A program made the position numbers and the translations under genes. The notes under the pieces were generated by a model that saw nothing but the letters and a program-made list of their open reading frames with translations, had not been told where the DNA came from and did no database searches. A DNA stretch of 64,000 nt, taken from the NCBI GenBank assembly GCA_963754315.1, contig CAVWFS010000019.1, forward strand, positions 480,001 through 544,000, written 5' to 3'. Of this stretch, positions 39,473 through 48,809 are shown in pieces. How positions within the stretch are numbered: position 1 is the stretch's first letter; every line of letters starts with the position of its first letter. Source of the DNA: an uncultured Candidatus Rokubacteria bacterium (GTDB taxonomy: Bacteria > Methylomirabilota > Methylomirabilia > Rokubacteriales > CSP1-6).

Positions 39473-40291
39473 ATGCGTGAACGGAGCGACGCGCGGGCGA
39501 TAAACGACTACTGGGGGCGCGACGGTCTCGAACGCGCCATTCTCTCGGCGCTGGCCGCGGCAGGCAAGGACGTGGACGCACTGACCATCGACGACCTCGC
39601 CATGAGCGATCAGTTTCACAGCGGCGGGAAGGATGCCACCATGCGGCTGGCGCACCTGGCCGGCCTTCGACCCGGGTTGCGTGTCCTCGACGTCGGCGGT
39701 GGCCTGGGCGGGCCGGCGCGCACCCTGGCCGCCCACTTCGGCTGTCACGTCACTGTGGTCGATCTCACCGAATCCTACGTGCGCGCGGGCGCAGCCCTGA
39801 CCGCTCGGCTCGGGCTCTCCGATCGCGTCACTCATCGCACGGGCGACGCGCTGGCTCTCGAAGTCGGCGCCGACCCCTTCGACCGTATCTGGACACAGAA
39901 CAGCGGCATGAACGTTCCCGACAAGGAGCGCCTCTACGCCGGTTTTGCGCGTCTGCTCGGCCAAGGCGGCTTGCTCGCGATGCAAGAGCCGATGGCGGGT
40001 CCCGTGCAGCCGCCGATCTTTCCTGTGATGTGGGCGCGGGATGCGACTACCAGCTTTCTGCGCCGACCCGAGGAGATGCGCGCGATCGTCGAGGCCGCCG
40101 GGTTCCGGGCGCGAGCCTGGGACGACGTCACCGCGGAGATGGCCGGCCCGAGCACCGGCGGTGCCGTTCCCGCCCACAGCATCCAGCGGATCGTCATGGG
40201 GGATGCGCTGGAGGAAATCACGCAGGCCGGGTACCGCAACCGCGAGGAGCGACGGATCGTCATCGTCCAGGCCGTCCTCGAGCGCCTGTAG
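39473..40291 (+). CDS. Class I SAM-dependent methyltransferase
   Basis: DQFHSGG, VLDVGGGLGGPAR. Confidence 0.9.
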   Translation: MRERSDARAINDYWGRDGLERAILSALAAAGKDVDALTIDDLAMSDQFHSGGKDATMRLAHLAGLRPGLRVLDVGGGLGGPARTLAAHFGCHVTVVDLTESYVRAGAALTARLGLSDRVTHRTGDALALEVGADPFDRIWTQNSGMNVPDKERLYAGFARLLGQGGLLAMQEPMAGPVQPPIFPVMWARDATTSFLRRPEEMRAIVEAAGFRARAWDDVTAEMAGPSTGGAVPAHSIQRIVMGDALEEITQAGYRNREERRIVIVQAVLERL

Positions 40292-40546
40292 TCCCCGTGC
40301 GGTGGATCAGCAGTAACTTGCGGCACGAACCTACCATCACGCCATCTCGGCGCGGAGGCGCACGCCGGGCACCGACCGCAGAAGGCGATGTTGACACGCC
40401 GACGACGGGCGCACGTACTGAACGACATGTGACCGCGTCGTCTACCTGTGAGCTGACGGAGGTGAGCCGTGACAGCTCCAGGGAGCTGCTGCCTCATACG
40501 TAGCGCTGTACAAGGCTGCCGTCGCAGCAGCCAGCGTAGCGCAAGA

Positions 40547-41730
40547 TGAACGACCGAGACTAGGTACGTGAAGAGTGCGACGCCTAAAGTGTGGTAGGGT
40601 GCCTGACTCGTCTCTGCCGCTTGTACCACGTGCTACATCTGGGAGGATCGCGCCCGTGCCTCGAACGGCTCGCCCGTCTCGCCATCTGTCGACAAGCGTG
40701 GACCGGCCTCTCGACGGCCTCAGCCATCTCACGCTCGAGAGCGGATGGACGATGCCGTGCGTTATGGACGCGGTCGGCTCACGCGGGCAGCGCTGTCGGG
40801 ATCTAGAGGGTGGCCGATGTCCATCTATTGCCGCGACATATCCCAGCGACGACAGCCTGATCATTACGGGTCTACGCCGGAGCGGCGGCGCGGACCCCCG
40901 GCCAGGGGACGCCAGTGGGACGCGCTGTCGGGCGCTGGAGCGCGAGTGGGGCGGTCCGATGGGGACGATCTTGGGTGCGAGCGCGCAGTGACGACCGGTC
41001 AGGAAGGTGGACGAACTACCCAAGCTGGGCGCAGCGCGGGCGCGGCGAACACGCGCATGAACCGCGAGATCGACGTGTCATGTGCTGCCGGTGCACGTCC
41101 GCGCTCACCACCGAACCGGTGACCAGAATATCGTGTCGAGCAGGCCGATACTCGCCGAGCGCATCCCCGGAGCGCGTCTTGGGAGCTTCCCGGAACAACC
41201 ACTGGCCCTGGGCGGGCGATGCGCAGAGTATCGTCGACGAAATCGAAGAATTCCTGACCGGTGCGCGGCCGCGGTAGCGGCGGACGCGCGTTGGCAACCG
41301 TGTGTTCGTCGATACGTCGAGTCACCCAGCGAGCTGTGGCGCTGGGTGACGCAGGGTGGCGAGACCTGCTGCAAGCTATCATGCCCGTGGATAAGGAGGT
41401 CATGCGATACCGGGGCGGATCTCGACACTGCCGGCGACGGTGCCCTCGCCACCTTCGACGGTCCGGCGCGTGCGATCGCTGCGCAGAGGCCATCCGTAGT
41501 CCCTATCGACCAGGGCCACAGCGCGCGGGCGCACACGGAGATGTGAGACGTCGGCGGCAAGGTGCGAAGCCGTCCACACCGCGGCCGTGTCTCGACTGCT
41601 GCCGGCCGGCGGATCTGTCTCAAGTACGGTGCGAGTCCGTCGCGGGCTCGGGTCTCTCCTTCTCGGACCGTGGACTCCTGCGCTCAAGGGGGTCCGGGCA
41701 ATGGCGTCTATTGCGCTCAGGTATAGCCAT
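40547..41730 (+). pseudogene. LipJ-like alpha/beta hydrolase + class III cyclase, heavily deletion-corrupted; boundaries approximate
   Basis: Collinear fragments in shifting frames: ETRYVKS, DKRG/TGLS, RMDD, MDAVGS, IVDEIEEFLTG, DTAGDGALATFDGPARAI, VAGSGLSFSDRG. Confidence 0.8.
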
Positions 41731-42023
41731 GATTGAGCAACCGGGAACAAGAGGCTTGAGCAGCCCGGCTCGACGCCGGGTGCTCAGCTTGCCGACGGCT
41801 ACACGCTCGAACTCTACATCGACTGACCGGGCCCGGGGTCCACCGGGCAGCACGATAGCCCAGTGCCCGTCTGGTGGGAGGGGTTCGTGCTCGGCATCGT
41901 ATCTGTTTCGAGGCATTGACCATCCGCGGTGATGTGCCACCCTGCTTCGCGGTGGTCCCCTCACCACCCGCCCGTCGCCGACTCACGGCCCGATGCTAGA
42001 CTTCTGGTCGGAGGAGTTTCCGG

Positions 42024-42566
42024 ATGAGCCGCACCGCGTTCACCTACGAGGACTACGCGGCCCTTCCCGATGACGGTCATCGGTACGAGGTGCACGACGG
42101 CGAGCTGTCCGTGACACCGTCGCCCGGTACGTGGCACCAGCGGGTCAAGGCCAATCTCTTCGACATCCTTCGCCACCACGTGCTCGCTCGGCGTGCGGGC
42201 GAGCTCTTCGACGCCCCCCTCGACTGCATCCTCAGCCCGACGACGATCGTCCAGCCCGACATCGTCTTCGTGGCTCGTGAACACGCTGGCCGGGTCAGCC
42301 CGCGTGGCATCGAAGGCCCGCCCACCCTGGCGGTAGAAGTCATCTCGCCATCAACCGAGCGAATCGACCGGCGGCGGAAGCTTGAGCTATATGCCCGCCA
42401 CCTGATCGAGCATTACTGGATCGTCGATCCCGTGGCCCGGACGATCGATGCATACAGGTTGACCGGTCAGGGCTATTGTCTGTCCGGACGCCTCGAAGGC
42501 CCGTCACCCACCGCCCTGGATCCCTTCCCGGACCTCCTCGTCGATACCGCCGCACTCTGGGCGTGA
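42024..42566 (+). CDS. Uma2 family endonuclease
   Basis: LPDDGHRYEVHDGEL, VQPDIVFV, LAVEVISPST, YWIVDP. Confidence 0.92.
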   Translation: MSRTAFTYEDYAALPDDGHRYEVHDGELSVTPSPGTWHQRVKANLFDILRHHVLARRAGELFDAPLDCILSPTTIVQPDIVFVAREHAGRVSPRGIEGPPTLAVEVISPSTERIDRRRKLELYARHLIEHYWIVDPVARTIDAYRLTGQGYCLSGRLEGPSPTALDPFPDLLVDTAALWA

Positions 42567-42599
42567 AGTGCAGCGGATCGTGCGCATAGCGGTCGCGGC

Positions 42600-43760
42600 C
42601 TACGGCCAGAGCTGATTCTCGGCGAGCGCCTCCAAGAAGGTGGCGATCGGCCACACCTCGATGCCGTCATTCGTCCGCAGACGTCGTGGGCCTCGGAACA
42701 CGAGGAGGCGCCGCACCAGCCCCTTCATCTCCTGAATGGCGCGGAGCCCGCGCAGCTCGTCCGACCCCGCGCGTTGGCCGGTCTTGGTCTCAATGGCGAT
42801 CCACTCGCGCCCCCGCTTCAGGAGAAAGTCCACCTCGGTTCGGGCGGCCTCGGCCGGCGCCCAGTAGAAGCATTCGTCGAACAGCTCGCTGTAGTCGTTG
42901 TGGATACGCAGGAGGTTGGCCACCCATCCCTCGAAGAGGGGCCCCATCTCCTCCGCCGTCGGTGGCGCGAGCTGGCGCTTGAGGGCCCGCACGAGGCCGG
43001 CATCGATCCAGTAGAGCTTCGGATGCCGCTTCTCGCGGACGCGCATCCTGCCCTCGAAAGCCGGAAGGCGGAAGGCCAGGAGCGTATCGGCGATGATCTC
43101 GAGATAGCCGGCTACGGTCGTCCGCGACACCTCGGCATCGCGGGCCAGTCCCGCCACATTCAAGGTCTGGCCGTGAAAGAGCGCGGCGATGGGCAGGAAG
43201 CGGGCGAAGCCGGGAAGATTCCGCACCAGCGCCTCCGCCTGGACCTCTTCCTTCAGGTACATCTGCACGTAGGCCACGAGGGCGTCACGCCGCGATGGCG
43301 CCTGCCAGATGACGGGAAGACTGCCGAAGCTCAGCACGGTGTCGAGGTCGAACGCGCGGCCAAGCTCGGCCGGCACGAACGGGTGCAGGCCGCGGCGAAG
43401 AGCTCGGCCCGCCAGGAGGTTCGTGCCGTGCTGCTTCAGCTTGCGGGCGCTGGAGCCGCACAGCACGAAGCGAAGCCGCCGTTCCTCGATGAATCGGTGG
43501 ACCTCATTCAGGAGAGCGGGGAGCCGCTGGATCTCGTCCAGCACGATCGTGGTGCCGGGCGCCAGCGGGCGCAGCTCGTCCGCGAGTTGGCCAGGACGAG
43601 CCAGGTACGATTGGTAGAGAGCCTCGTCGAGAAGGTCGACCCGATGGGCTTCGGGAAGCTCGTGTCGCACCCAAGTGCTCTTCCCGGTGCCGCGGGGTCC
43701 GAAGAGAAAGAACGATTGTGTCGGAGGTTGGAGCAGGCGCTGGATGTAGTCAAGTGCCAT
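42600..43760 (-). CDS. AAA+ ATPase with C-terminal DUF4143/PD-(D/E)xK-like domain
   Basis: GPRGTGKST, LDEIQR, GSS, LAGR, KLYWIDAG, EVDF..AIETK. Confidence 0.88.
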   Translation of the reverse strand: MALDYIQRLLQPPTQSFFLFGPRGTGKSTWVRHELPEAHRVDLLDEALYQSYLARPGQLADELRPLAPGTTIVLDEIQRLPALLNEVHRFIEERRLRFVLCGSSARKLKQHGTNLLAGRALRRGLHPFVPAELGRAFDLDTVLSFGSLPVIWQAPSRRDALVAYVQMYLKEEVQAEALVRNLPGFARFLPIAALFHGQTLNVAGLARDAEVSRTTVAGYLEIIADTLLAFRLPAFEGRMRVREKRHPKLYWIDAGLVRALKRQLAPPTAEEMGPLFEGWVANLLRIHNDYSELFDECFYWAPAEAARTEVDFLLKRGREWIAIETKTGQRAGSDELRGLRAIQEMKGLVRRLLVFRGPRRLRTNDGIEVWPIATFLEALAENQLWP

Positions 43761-43767
43761 ATCGACG

Positions 43768-43840
43768 TCATTTTACGGCGTTAAATGATGAGGATATATA
43801 CAAATATCCTTGCCAGCAGAGCAGGACATTCTTGCTCTGC
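43768..43840. repeat. Three consecutive imperfect inverted repeats
   Basis: TCATTTTACG-g-CGTTAAATGA; AGGATAT-atacaa-ATATCCT; GCAGAGCAGGA-cat-TCTTGCTCTGC. Confidence 0.6.
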
Positions 43841-43865
43841 GGACGGTGGGCTACACGTGCCGCGC

Positions 43866-44252
43866 CTACAGCGCGAAGACGTCGAACCGCATGGCCCGGG
43901 CGGCGGCAAGGAGTCGGTGGTCGTAGCTGGCCAGTTCGACCCGCTGACCGCTCGAGCGCAAGAAGTCCATCGAGGCCAGATGGAGCGCGTCGAGCGTTCG
44001 CACGGTCGTTGGAAATGGTTCGAGGATGCGGGCCAGCACCGGGGGCGCCAGCTCGATGAGCGAAACGCGGGCGAGCAGCGCCCGCATCTCGTCGCCGTGC
44101 GATGCTCCCAGCCTCTTGGCATGGATGCGGGTCCAGATCTCGTACTCGATGAGCCGGCTCGACACGAGCGTTTCCTGCCAGAGGCGCTCCCGTGGCACGC
44201 GGTCCTCGACGAGGACCTGGGCGAGCGCCACTGAACTGTCGAGGTAGATCAC
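43866..44252 (-). CDS. VapC/PIN toxin
   Basis: IYLDSS, SSRLIEYE, RTLDALHLAS, SYD. Confidence 0.9.
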   Translation of the reverse strand: MIYLDSSVALAQVLVEDRVPRERLWQETLVSSRLIEYEIWTRIHAKRLGASHGDEMRALLARVSLIELAPPVLARILEPFPTTVRTLDALHLASMDFLRSSGQRVELASYDHRLLAAARAMRFDVFAL

Positions 44253-44539
44253 CGGTCCGCGCGGTCGTCCTCGAGCTCACGGAGGAGATCGGCGAGCTTC
44301 ATGACGGGCGCCCTCGGGGGAGGCGTTCCGGGACCTATCGGTGCCGGCGTGATCCACCCGCGACGGACAGCCTCGGCGAGGATCGCGTCCGCCAGGAGCG
44401 GGCTCCGACCCTCGCGCGGTGGCACGAGCTCCGCCACCACTCGGTCTCGGTCCGTGACGAGGATCGTCTCGCCTCCGGCAGCCAGGCGCACGTATTCGCT
44501 GAGCTTGTTCTTGAGGACTTTGAGCCCGACGGCCCGCAT
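44249..44539 (-). CDS. Phd/YefM antitoxin
   Basis: LKNKLSEYVRLAAGGETILVTDRDRVVAELVPP. Confidence 0.9.
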   Translation of the reverse strand: MRAVGLKVLKNKLSEYVRLAAGGETILVTDRDRVVAELVPPREGRSPLLADAILAEAVRRGWITPAPIGPGTPPPRAPVMKLADLLRELEDDRADR

Positions 44540-44601
44540 GCGCCCAAGGTAGCCTCTGGAAGCTTCTTCGTCAACCGCCGGGCAGACGCTATACTGAGGC
44601 C

Positions 44602-44892
44602 ATGAGGCGCCGGGTCCCGCGCCGCGACCTATTCGACCTCAACCTCGACGATGATCTGAGGGAGTGGTACCTCCTCACCCCTGCCCGGCGGTTCGCGGAG
44701 ACCGAGCGGCTTTGGGCCAACTTCCTTCTGCTGGGAGGCACGAGTGACGCCGGCTTCGATCCGCAGGGTCCTTTCTACTTTCCGCCGGCACCGGACGCAG
44801 GCCCTGCTCATGGGCGGACAAGCGTGCATCCTGTACGGCGGCGCCGAGTTCTCCCGCGACGTCGACTTCGCCGTCGACGTCTCCCCCGCTAA
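44602..44892 (+). CDS. Small hypothetical protein overlapping the nucleotidyltransferase gene
   Basis: TATACT-N6-ATG; EWYLLTPARRFAETERLW. Confidence 0.55.
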   Translation: MRRRVPRRDLFDLNLDDDLREWYLLTPARRFAETERLWANFLLLGGTSDAGFDPQGPFYFPPAPDAGPAHGRTSVHPVRRRRVLPRRRLRRRRLPR

Positions 44893-45496
44893 CCTGCGGC
44901 GTCTGCAAGGGGCCCTGCGCGAGCAGAAGGCGGAACCCATCTTCTTTCCGCCGCTGTCTGCCGCGGCGCTGCGGCGGGGTCACGCCTGTCACTTCCGCTG
45001 CGGTGCGCCGGCCACGCGCGGGCTTCGCGTAGACGTCATGGGCCGGATGCGAGGAGCGCCGTCCTTCGGACGTCTCTGGTCGCGGCGCACCGAGGTGCGG
45101 ATCCCCGGTGTGGGACCGGTGTCCGTTGTTTCGCTTGAGGATCTCGTCCGGATCAAGAAGACTCAGCGCGACAAGGACTGGGCCATGATCGCCCGCCTGC
45201 TTGAGGCCGATATCGCGCAACACGACTGGAGTGCAAACATCCGTCGCATCCGGTTCTGGCTGGGCGAATGTCGGACTCCGGCTATGTTGATCGAACTTGC
45301 CCGGCGGTTTCCGGCCCAAGCCCGACGAGAGTCACGACGCCGGGTGGCCCTGCGAGCCGCGGTGCGCGGCGACGAGAAGGGAATCCGAGAGGGCCTTCGC
45401 CGGGAACAAGAACGTGAGCGAAGTGCGGACCGCCGCTACTGGGCGCCCCTCCGACGTGAGCTGGAGCGGATGCGCCTGGGCCGGGAGCGCCTCTAA
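44744..45496 (+). CDS. Pol-beta-type nucleotidyltransferase
   Basis: LLMGGQACILYG...SRDVDF (GG + DxD), RVDV, DLVRIKK..RDKD. Confidence 0.78.
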   Translation: MTPASIRRVLSTFRRHRTQALLMGGQACILYGGAEFSRDVDFAVDVSPANLRRLQGALREQKAEPIFFPPLSAAALRRGHACHFRCGAPATRGLRVDVMGRMRGAPSFGRLWSRRTEVRIPGVGPVSVVSLEDLVRIKKTQRDKDWAMIARLLEADIAQHDWSANIRRIRFWLGECRTPAMLIELARRFPAQARRESRRRVALRAAVRGDEKGIREGLRREQERERSADRRYWAPLRRELERMRLGRERL

Positions 45497-45730
45497 CCCG
45501 AGCGCCGGCGGGCAGCGCCCGGATGGCGACAGCGAGGCCCTTTGGGCGGAAGCGGAGCCTGCACAGAAACCCTCCTGGCCCGACCGCACGTCCAACCAGA
45601 AACCAGCCTCTCGCTCGGCGGTCGCGCTTGCGACGGGGGAGGCCCAGGTATAGGGTCGTAGCGCGGCCCCCAAGGGCCCGGAAACTGCCGTAAACTAACG
45701 ATCGAAAACTCGAGATCGAGAGGACCTGCC

Positions 45731-46861
45731 ATGGCCGAAGGATCTCAGCTCATCCGCGGGCTCGAAGGTGTCGTGGCTGCCGAAACCAAGCTCTGCGATC
45801 TCGACGGCGCCAACGCGCGCCTCGCCTACGGCGGTTACAGCATCGACGATCTCGCCCGTCAGGCCACGTTCGAGGAAGTGTGCTACCTCCTGTGGTACGG
45901 CGAGCTCCCCAGGGCCGCCCAGCTCGACCGGATCACCACGGAACTGATCGCTGCCCGTGAGATCCCCACTGCTCTGCTCGACGCCTTCCGCCTGATGCCC
46001 AAGGACACGGATCCCATGCGCGTCCTGCAGGCGGCCACGGCTGTGCTCGGCATGCACGACCCCGACACGACCGACAATGCTCATGCCGCCAACCTGCGCA
46101 AGGCCATTCGTCTCACGAGCCAGTTCGCCACCGCCATCTGCGCTCACCATCGCGTCCGCAGCGGCCAGGATCCAGTACCACCCGCGCCGGATCTCTCCCA
46201 TGCGGCAAACTTTCTCTACATGCTGAGTGGCAAGCGTCCCTCGGCCGTCACCGTGAAGGCCGTCGACGCCTCCCTGACCCTCTACGCCGAGCACGAGCTG
46301 AACGCTTCGACCACTACCACCCGGGTCATCGCCTCGACCCAGTCGGACATGCACTCGGCGGTGGCGGGCGGCGTGGGCGCCCTCAAGGGCACTCTGCACG
46401 GCGGCGCCGGCGAGGCGGTCATGCGCACGCTCATGGAGATCGGGGAGGTGGCCAACGTCGATTCGTTCGCCGAGCGCGCGCTGGCCGAGAAGCGGCGGCT
46501 GATGGGCTTCGGGCACCGCGTGTATCGCGCCGGCGATCCACGGGCAGCCATCCTGAGAGGGATGGCCGAGGAGGCCTGCCGCCAGTCCGGCCAGTTCAAG
46601 TGGTACGAGATGGCCGTGAAGCTGCACGATCGCATCGGCAAGGCCAAGGGCCTTATCCCGAACGTCGACTTCTACTCGGCGCCCCTCTTCTATTCCCTCG
46701 GCATTCCCGTCGATCTCTTCACCCCGGTCATCGCGGCCGGCCGCGTCGCCGGATGGACCGCCAACATCATCGAGCAGCACGACGACAACCGCCTCATCCG
46801 GCCGCGCGCCGAGTACGTCGGGCCCCGGGCGCGGGCCTGGGTGCCGCGCGGCCAACGCTGA
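45731..46861 (+). CDS. Citrate/2-methylcitrate synthase
   Basis: GLEGVVA, EHELNAST, LHGGA, GFGHRVY, PNVDFY, LIRP. Confidence 0.93.
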   Translation: MAEGSQLIRGLEGVVAAETKLCDLDGANARLAYGGYSIDDLARQATFEEVCYLLWYGELPRAAQLDRITTELIAAREIPTALLDAFRLMPKDTDPMRVLQAATAVLGMHDPDTTDNAHAANLRKAIRLTSQFATAICAHHRVRSGQDPVPPAPDLSHAANFLYMLSGKRPSAVTVKAVDASLTLYAEHELNASTTTTRVIASTQSDMHSAVAGGVGALKGTLHGGAGEAVMRTLMEIGEVANVDSFAERALAEKRRLMGFGHRVYRAGDPRAAILRGMAEEACRQSGQFKWYEMAVKLHDRIGKAKGLIPNVDFYSAPLFYSLGIPVDLFTPVIAAGRVAGWTANIIEQHDDNRLIRPRAEYVGPRARAWVPRGQR

Positions 46862-46864
46862 GCG

Positions 46865-48787
46865 ATGGGCAAGAGCCTCACGCGCAAGCTCATCGAGCAG
46901 CGCCTCGTCGCCGGCAAGCCCATAGTCGGCGAGGAAATCGGGATCACCATCGACCAGGTGCTGTTGACGGACACCAACGGGTCCGGGGCCCTCCTGCAGT
47001 TCGAGGCCATGGGGCTCTCGCGGGTGGTGCCCCGGCGAGCGGTGGCCTACATCGACCACAACGTCTACCAGGTCGATTCGCGCAATTCCGACGACCACCG
47101 GTACATGCAGACAGCCGCGCGGCGCTACGGGGCTGTCTTTTCCAAGCCCGGCAATGGCATCTGCCACCAGGTGCACCTGGAGAGTTTCTCCACTCCTGGG
47201 GAAGCGCTGCTCGGTACCGACAGCCACACGCCGTTGTGCGGCGCGGCCGGGATGCTCGCCATCGGCGCCGGCGGTCTCGACGTGGCGGTGGCCATGGGGG
47301 GCGGCGCGTACTACCTCACCATGCCCGCCGTGGTCCGCGTATGGCTCACCGGCACGCTCTCCCCCTGGGTGACGGCGAAGGACGTCATCCTCGAGCTGCT
47401 CCGCCGGTTCTCTGTGCGCGGCGGCAGCGGGAAGATCTTCGAGTACGCCGGCCCCGGGGTGGCCACGCTCTCGCTCCCCCAGCGCATGACCATCGCCAAC
47501 ATGGGCGCCGAGCTGACCTTGACCACGAGCGTCTTCCCGAGCGACGAACGGACGCGCGAGTACTTCGTCCGCCTCGGCCGCGAGGCCGAGTGGAGCGCGC
47601 AGGTGCCCGACCCTGACGCGGAGTACGACGAGTACCTTGAGCTGGATCTCTCGACCGTCGAGCCCCTGGTGGCTCTCCCTGGCTCGCCCGATCGCGTGGT
47701 TCCTGTCGGCGAGGTAGCGGGGACCGCCGTCGAGCAGGTGATGGTGGGCTCGTGCACCAACGGATCGTGGGAGGACATGTGGGCCGTCACCGAGGTCATG
47801 CGCGGCCGGCGCGTCCATCCGTCGACGTCGTTCGTGCTGTTCCCGGGCAGTCACCGGATTCTGGAAACGATGGCGCGCGAGGGACTGCTCGCCGACCTCC
47901 TGGCTGCCGGCGCCCTCGTCTCCGAGCCCTCCTGCGGCTCGTGCGCGGGCATTGGTCACGTGCCGGCCAGCGGGGCCAAAAGCCTGCGCGCCTTCAACCG
48001 CAATTTCTCCGGCCGCAGCGGAGCCAAGGGCGATGAGGTCTATCTCTGCTCGTCGGTGCTGGCAGCAGCCTCCGCGCTGACGGGGACCATCACCGATCCA
48101 CGAACCTTAGGCCCGCGGGCGGCCACGCGGATGCCCGACCGCTTTGTGACCTCGACGGTTGGGCTGGTCATGCCCGATGGACAGGGAGAGGTCGTACGCG
48201 GTCCGAACATCAAGGCGGTGCCGCTCGGGGAGCCGGTGGCGGAGACCTTGGAGGCGCCCGTCCTCCTCAAGCTCGGTGACAAAGTCTCGACGGACGACAT
48301 CTCCCCGTCAGGATCGGCCGTACTGGTCTTCCGGACCAACGTTCCCGCCATCGCCGAGTTCTCCTTCCGCAACGTCGATGCCGAGTTCGTGGCGCGGGCC
48401 AAGGCGGCCGGACGCGGCATCATCGTCGGGGGAGAGATCTACGGCCAGGGCTCGTCGCGCGAGGCGGCGGTCCTCGGACCCATGCACCTCGGCGTTCGCG
48501 CGGTCATCGCCAAGTCGTTCGCCCGCATCCACCGCGCCAATCTCATCAACTGGGGGCTGGTACCCCTGGTCTTCGACGATCCGGCCGCCTGGGATGGGAT
48601 CGATCGTGACGATTGCCTGCGTCTCGACGGCCTGCGCTCGGCGCTGGCGGCCGGGACCAAGATCAGGGTGACCAACGTCCGAAACGGGACCGAGTTCACG
48701 GTCTCGTGCGTGCTGACACCGCGTGAGCGCGACATCCTGCTTTCGGGGGGCGTGCTTGCCCACACGCGCGGCGGGCCGACCAAGTGA
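46865..48787 (+). CDS. Aconitate hydratase family protein (short type)
   Basis: DHN, GICHQVH, GTDSHT, GSCTN, CGSC, NRNF, STDDISP, GSSRE. Confidence 0.92.
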   Translation: MGKSLTRKLIEQRLVAGKPIVGEEIGITIDQVLLTDTNGSGALLQFEAMGLSRVVPRRAVAYIDHNVYQVDSRNSDDHRYMQTAARRYGAVFSKPGNGICHQVHLESFSTPGEALLGTDSHTPLCGAAGMLAIGAGGLDVAVAMGGGAYYLTMPAVVRVWLTGTLSPWVTAKDVILELLRRFSVRGGSGKIFEYAGPGVATLSLPQRMTIANMGAELTLTTSVFPSDERTREYFVRLGREAEWSAQVPDPDAEYDEYLELDLSTVEPLVALPGSPDRVVPVGEVAGTAVEQVMVGSCTNGSWEDMWAVTEVMRGRRVHPSTSFVLFPGSHRILETMAREGLLADLLAAGALVSEPSCGSCAGIGHVPASGAKSLRAFNRNFSGRSGAKGDEVYLCSSVLAAASALTGTITDPRTLGPRAATRMPDRFVTSTVGLVMPDGQGEVVRGPNIKAVPLGEPVAETLEAPVLLKLGDKVSTDDISPSGSAVLVFRTNVPAIAEFSFRNVDAEFVARAKAAGRGIIVGGEIYGQGSSREAAVLGPMHLGVRAVIAKSFARIHRANLINWGLVPLVFDDPAAWDGIDRDDCLRLDGLRSALAAGTKIRVTNVRNGTEFTVSCVLTPRERDILLSGGVLAHTRGGPTK

Positions 48788-48809
48788 GATTCGAGAGGAT
48801 ACACACACC

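Noticed and set aside
39934..40629. Minus-strand ORF with a hydrophobic stretch
   Set aside because: Overlaps the methyltransferase and the corrupted LipJ-like gene on the plus strand.
45695..47959. 754-aa minus-strand ORF and similar long antisense ORFs (3031-4260, 14870-16180, 56914-58596, 61572-63503)
   Set aside because: Shadows of well-supported genes on the opposite strand; high GC suppresses stop codons; no recognisable motifs.
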